Of a stretch of DNA of 64,000 nt, positions 61,877 through 64,000 are shown one piece after another. The DNA comes from Fonticula alba ATCC 38817. Its lineage: Eukaryota; Protista; Nucleariida. Location of the stretch: NCBI GenBank assembly GCA_000388065.2, contig KB932205.1, one strand, 5' to 3'. Position 1 is the stretch's first letter. Each line of letters starts with the position of its first letter. Made by a program: the position numbers and the translations under genes. The notes beneath the pieces were generated by a model. The model searched no databases and was not told where the DNA came from. It saw only the letters and a program-made list of their open reading frames with translations.

Positions 61877-64000
61877 GGTAGTCCAGATTCCCCCTCCTCG
61901 CCTGGGGAGGGGAGGGGCCGGGAGGCGGGGGGAGACCGGCCACCCACATCGTCTCCCCCCCCCCCCCCCCCCCCCCGGACGCCCGTCGTTCACCAGGTGA
62001 GAGGCCCAGCCGCAGGATGCGGCTGCTGCCAACACCCCCCCCCCCCCTCCGGGGGAGACCCGGGGCCAGATACTTCAAGCAGCCTGTCGTGGGCTAAGAC
62101 GGCCCGGGGCGGCCTGGCCGCTGGGACATGTCGACGAGGCCGCCCCGGGCCCCGGGGACGCGGGCCCAGGGAACAGAGGGCCTGTATGGTCGGCGGCCGG
62201 CTCTACGGGCCGCTCGGAAGAGCCCAGCACGCCGTGACAGCTGAGATCTGCATGTGCATGTGGCGAGAGAGGGCGGGGTGTGGGAAAATTAAATGCCCCT
62301 CGCCCCCCTCCCCGGCCGGTAGTGGTGTGGCCAATGGGACCGGCTGGGGATCCGCATCACCTCCAATCATGCTGGCTTCGTGCCCGGGCAGGGCCATCGT
62401 GCCGGGGTGGCGAGGACATGGTTGCATGTCCCGCTCGGAGCCGGGGGTGCTGACTGCGGGAGGTATGCCTGGGGCCTGTCATTTTCTTCTTCGCAGCATC
62501 TGTGGCCGTGTCCCAGGCGGGCTGGCTCGAGTGTCACCCGGTAGGGACCTGGTGGGAGGCACCTACTTACACACGGCCGCGCCCGGCCAAACGTCCGCGC
62601 GAGCGGATGGACCGGCGCGGGCGAGCCCCTTCAGCCGACAGAAGGGGGCGCGGCGATGGAGGACGGCCGCCGGGAGGCGCATTTGAACAGGACGGGGGGG
62701 GGGGGGGGGCGAAGCTTCACGCCTGGTGGCAAGGCAAGGGGCTGGCAAACCCGGCCAGGCTCCAGATACCGTCAAACACCAGTGCCCCCGAGTCTATCCT
62801 CGGGCGCTCGCGTCGTTGGGTGCCCGCCCCGCGCCCCGGGCGCCGAACGCCCCCCTGTCGTATGCGCGTACACACACACACACACACTCACACGGACACA
62901 CTCGAGGCCGCAGACCCCCCTCTATGCGCACGCCAGCGTCGTGGGAGAGGACCGGCGGATGGCCGGGCGTCTGGACTGCCGTCTGCTGCTCGTGCCTGCT
63001 GGGTAGAAGGCAGCCGGCGGGCGGCCGGATCGGGCGCGCACCCACACACCCGCACAAGGAGGCCGATCTGTCGCCCGGCCGGCAGGCGTGAGGCGAGCCC
63101 GAGCCGGCTGCCCAGCGACCGGGGCCGCGCTCAGGAGAGCCGTCATGCCAGGCCAACGTCCGGCCGGCCCCGTCGCGTTGTCCTTGTCCTTGTCCTTTCC
63201 CGCCCTTGGGGGGAGGGGGCGGGGAGGGGGGCCCCCTCTTGCGCGGGCAGGCTCATCTGCCCCGCCAGTCGCCAAGCCAAGGGGACTTGACACATGCCGG
63301 GCGAGGGCCGGGGCGCGTACGTCCGGCGATTGCGCGCAGGAGGCCACTGGAAGACATGTAAAAGTGTACGCGCATCGCCGGTCGACTACGCCGCCAAGGT
63401 CCATGGCGCCCTCGGCCGAAGCCCTGGCAGGCGCCGGACCGGGTGCGCGCATGCCCAAGACACCCGGGGACCTGTCAGATGCCAGGAGACCCGCCACAAG
63501 GCACACGGGCTCGTGCGCATGCACACCACAACGAAGGCACCGGCATGCGAAGGTGTGCGCACCATGCAGGAGTGCGCCCCTCTCCTGGCGCGCTTGCGCG
63601 CGCGCGCGCGCGACCGGGGGCATGCCGGCAGAGCCGCCCCTCGCCAGCCCCTCGCGTCTAAGCGCCTGCCGGTGTTTTGATCCGGGCGACTTCGGAAGAA
63701 TGGAGGGAAAATGTGCCTCCCCGGCCCGGGTCCGTCCGACCGATGCGCCCCGCCCCCGTTCCCGTCCCGCCCCCCCACTCCCCCCACCCAGAGAGGCAGC
63801 CCCTAGTTCTTCCCCAGGAACCGACCTGTCAGCCGAGCCATAATGAAGTTGCCTCATGGGTCCTTGTTTGGATGAGGCCGATATCGAGAGGGGACGCGCG
63901 CCGAGGAGGAGCCGGCTGGGCCCGGGCGCCCTTCCCCATCTCCGCACAACCTCACCCCTTTCGATAAAATCACCCAGCGGCTTTGTTGGTGGGCCCGGGC

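Overview
This is a very GC-rich, intron-rich eukaryotic draft scaffold with 11 N-gaps and many poly-C/G, (CA)n and (CT)n tracts. It is probably from an amoeboid opisthokont or related protist; a Fonticula-like organism is my inference only. Most tracked ORFs are shadow frames. By joining exons at GT-AG sites and checking phase I reconstructed 13 genes. In order: (1) an intronless 728-aa ORF with a bacterial-looking, GNAT-like core; (2) an 11-exon ~1554-aa C2-C2-RasGAP protein fused to a paxillin-like LD-motif and 4xLIM tail; (3) a mitochondrial-type NAD(H) kinase; (4) 14-3-3; (5) TCTP; (6) TIM17; (7) a divergent Arp1/centractin lacking actin's catalytic residues; (8) NDUFS7/PSST, partly in a gap; (9) a small roadblock/LAMTOR4-like gene; (10) NAF1; (11) an ARM-repeat SmgGDS/RAP1GDS1-like gene; and (12-13) two convergent genes for predicted secreted proteins. 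One of those is a ~1013-aa low-complexity precursor with many dibasic sites and an SD repeat. The other is a 384-aa protein with an acidic run, a Lys-rich block, a Cys-rich module and a vWD-like 'DDPH' domain, split by a 2.9-kb intron. I found no rRNA, tRNA, CRISPR array or recognisable transposon. The most interesting items are the RasGAP-paxillin chimera, the possible horizontally acquired GNAT-like gene, the degenerate Arp1 and the putative extracellular-matrix gene pair. All family assignments come from remembered motifs, not database searches.
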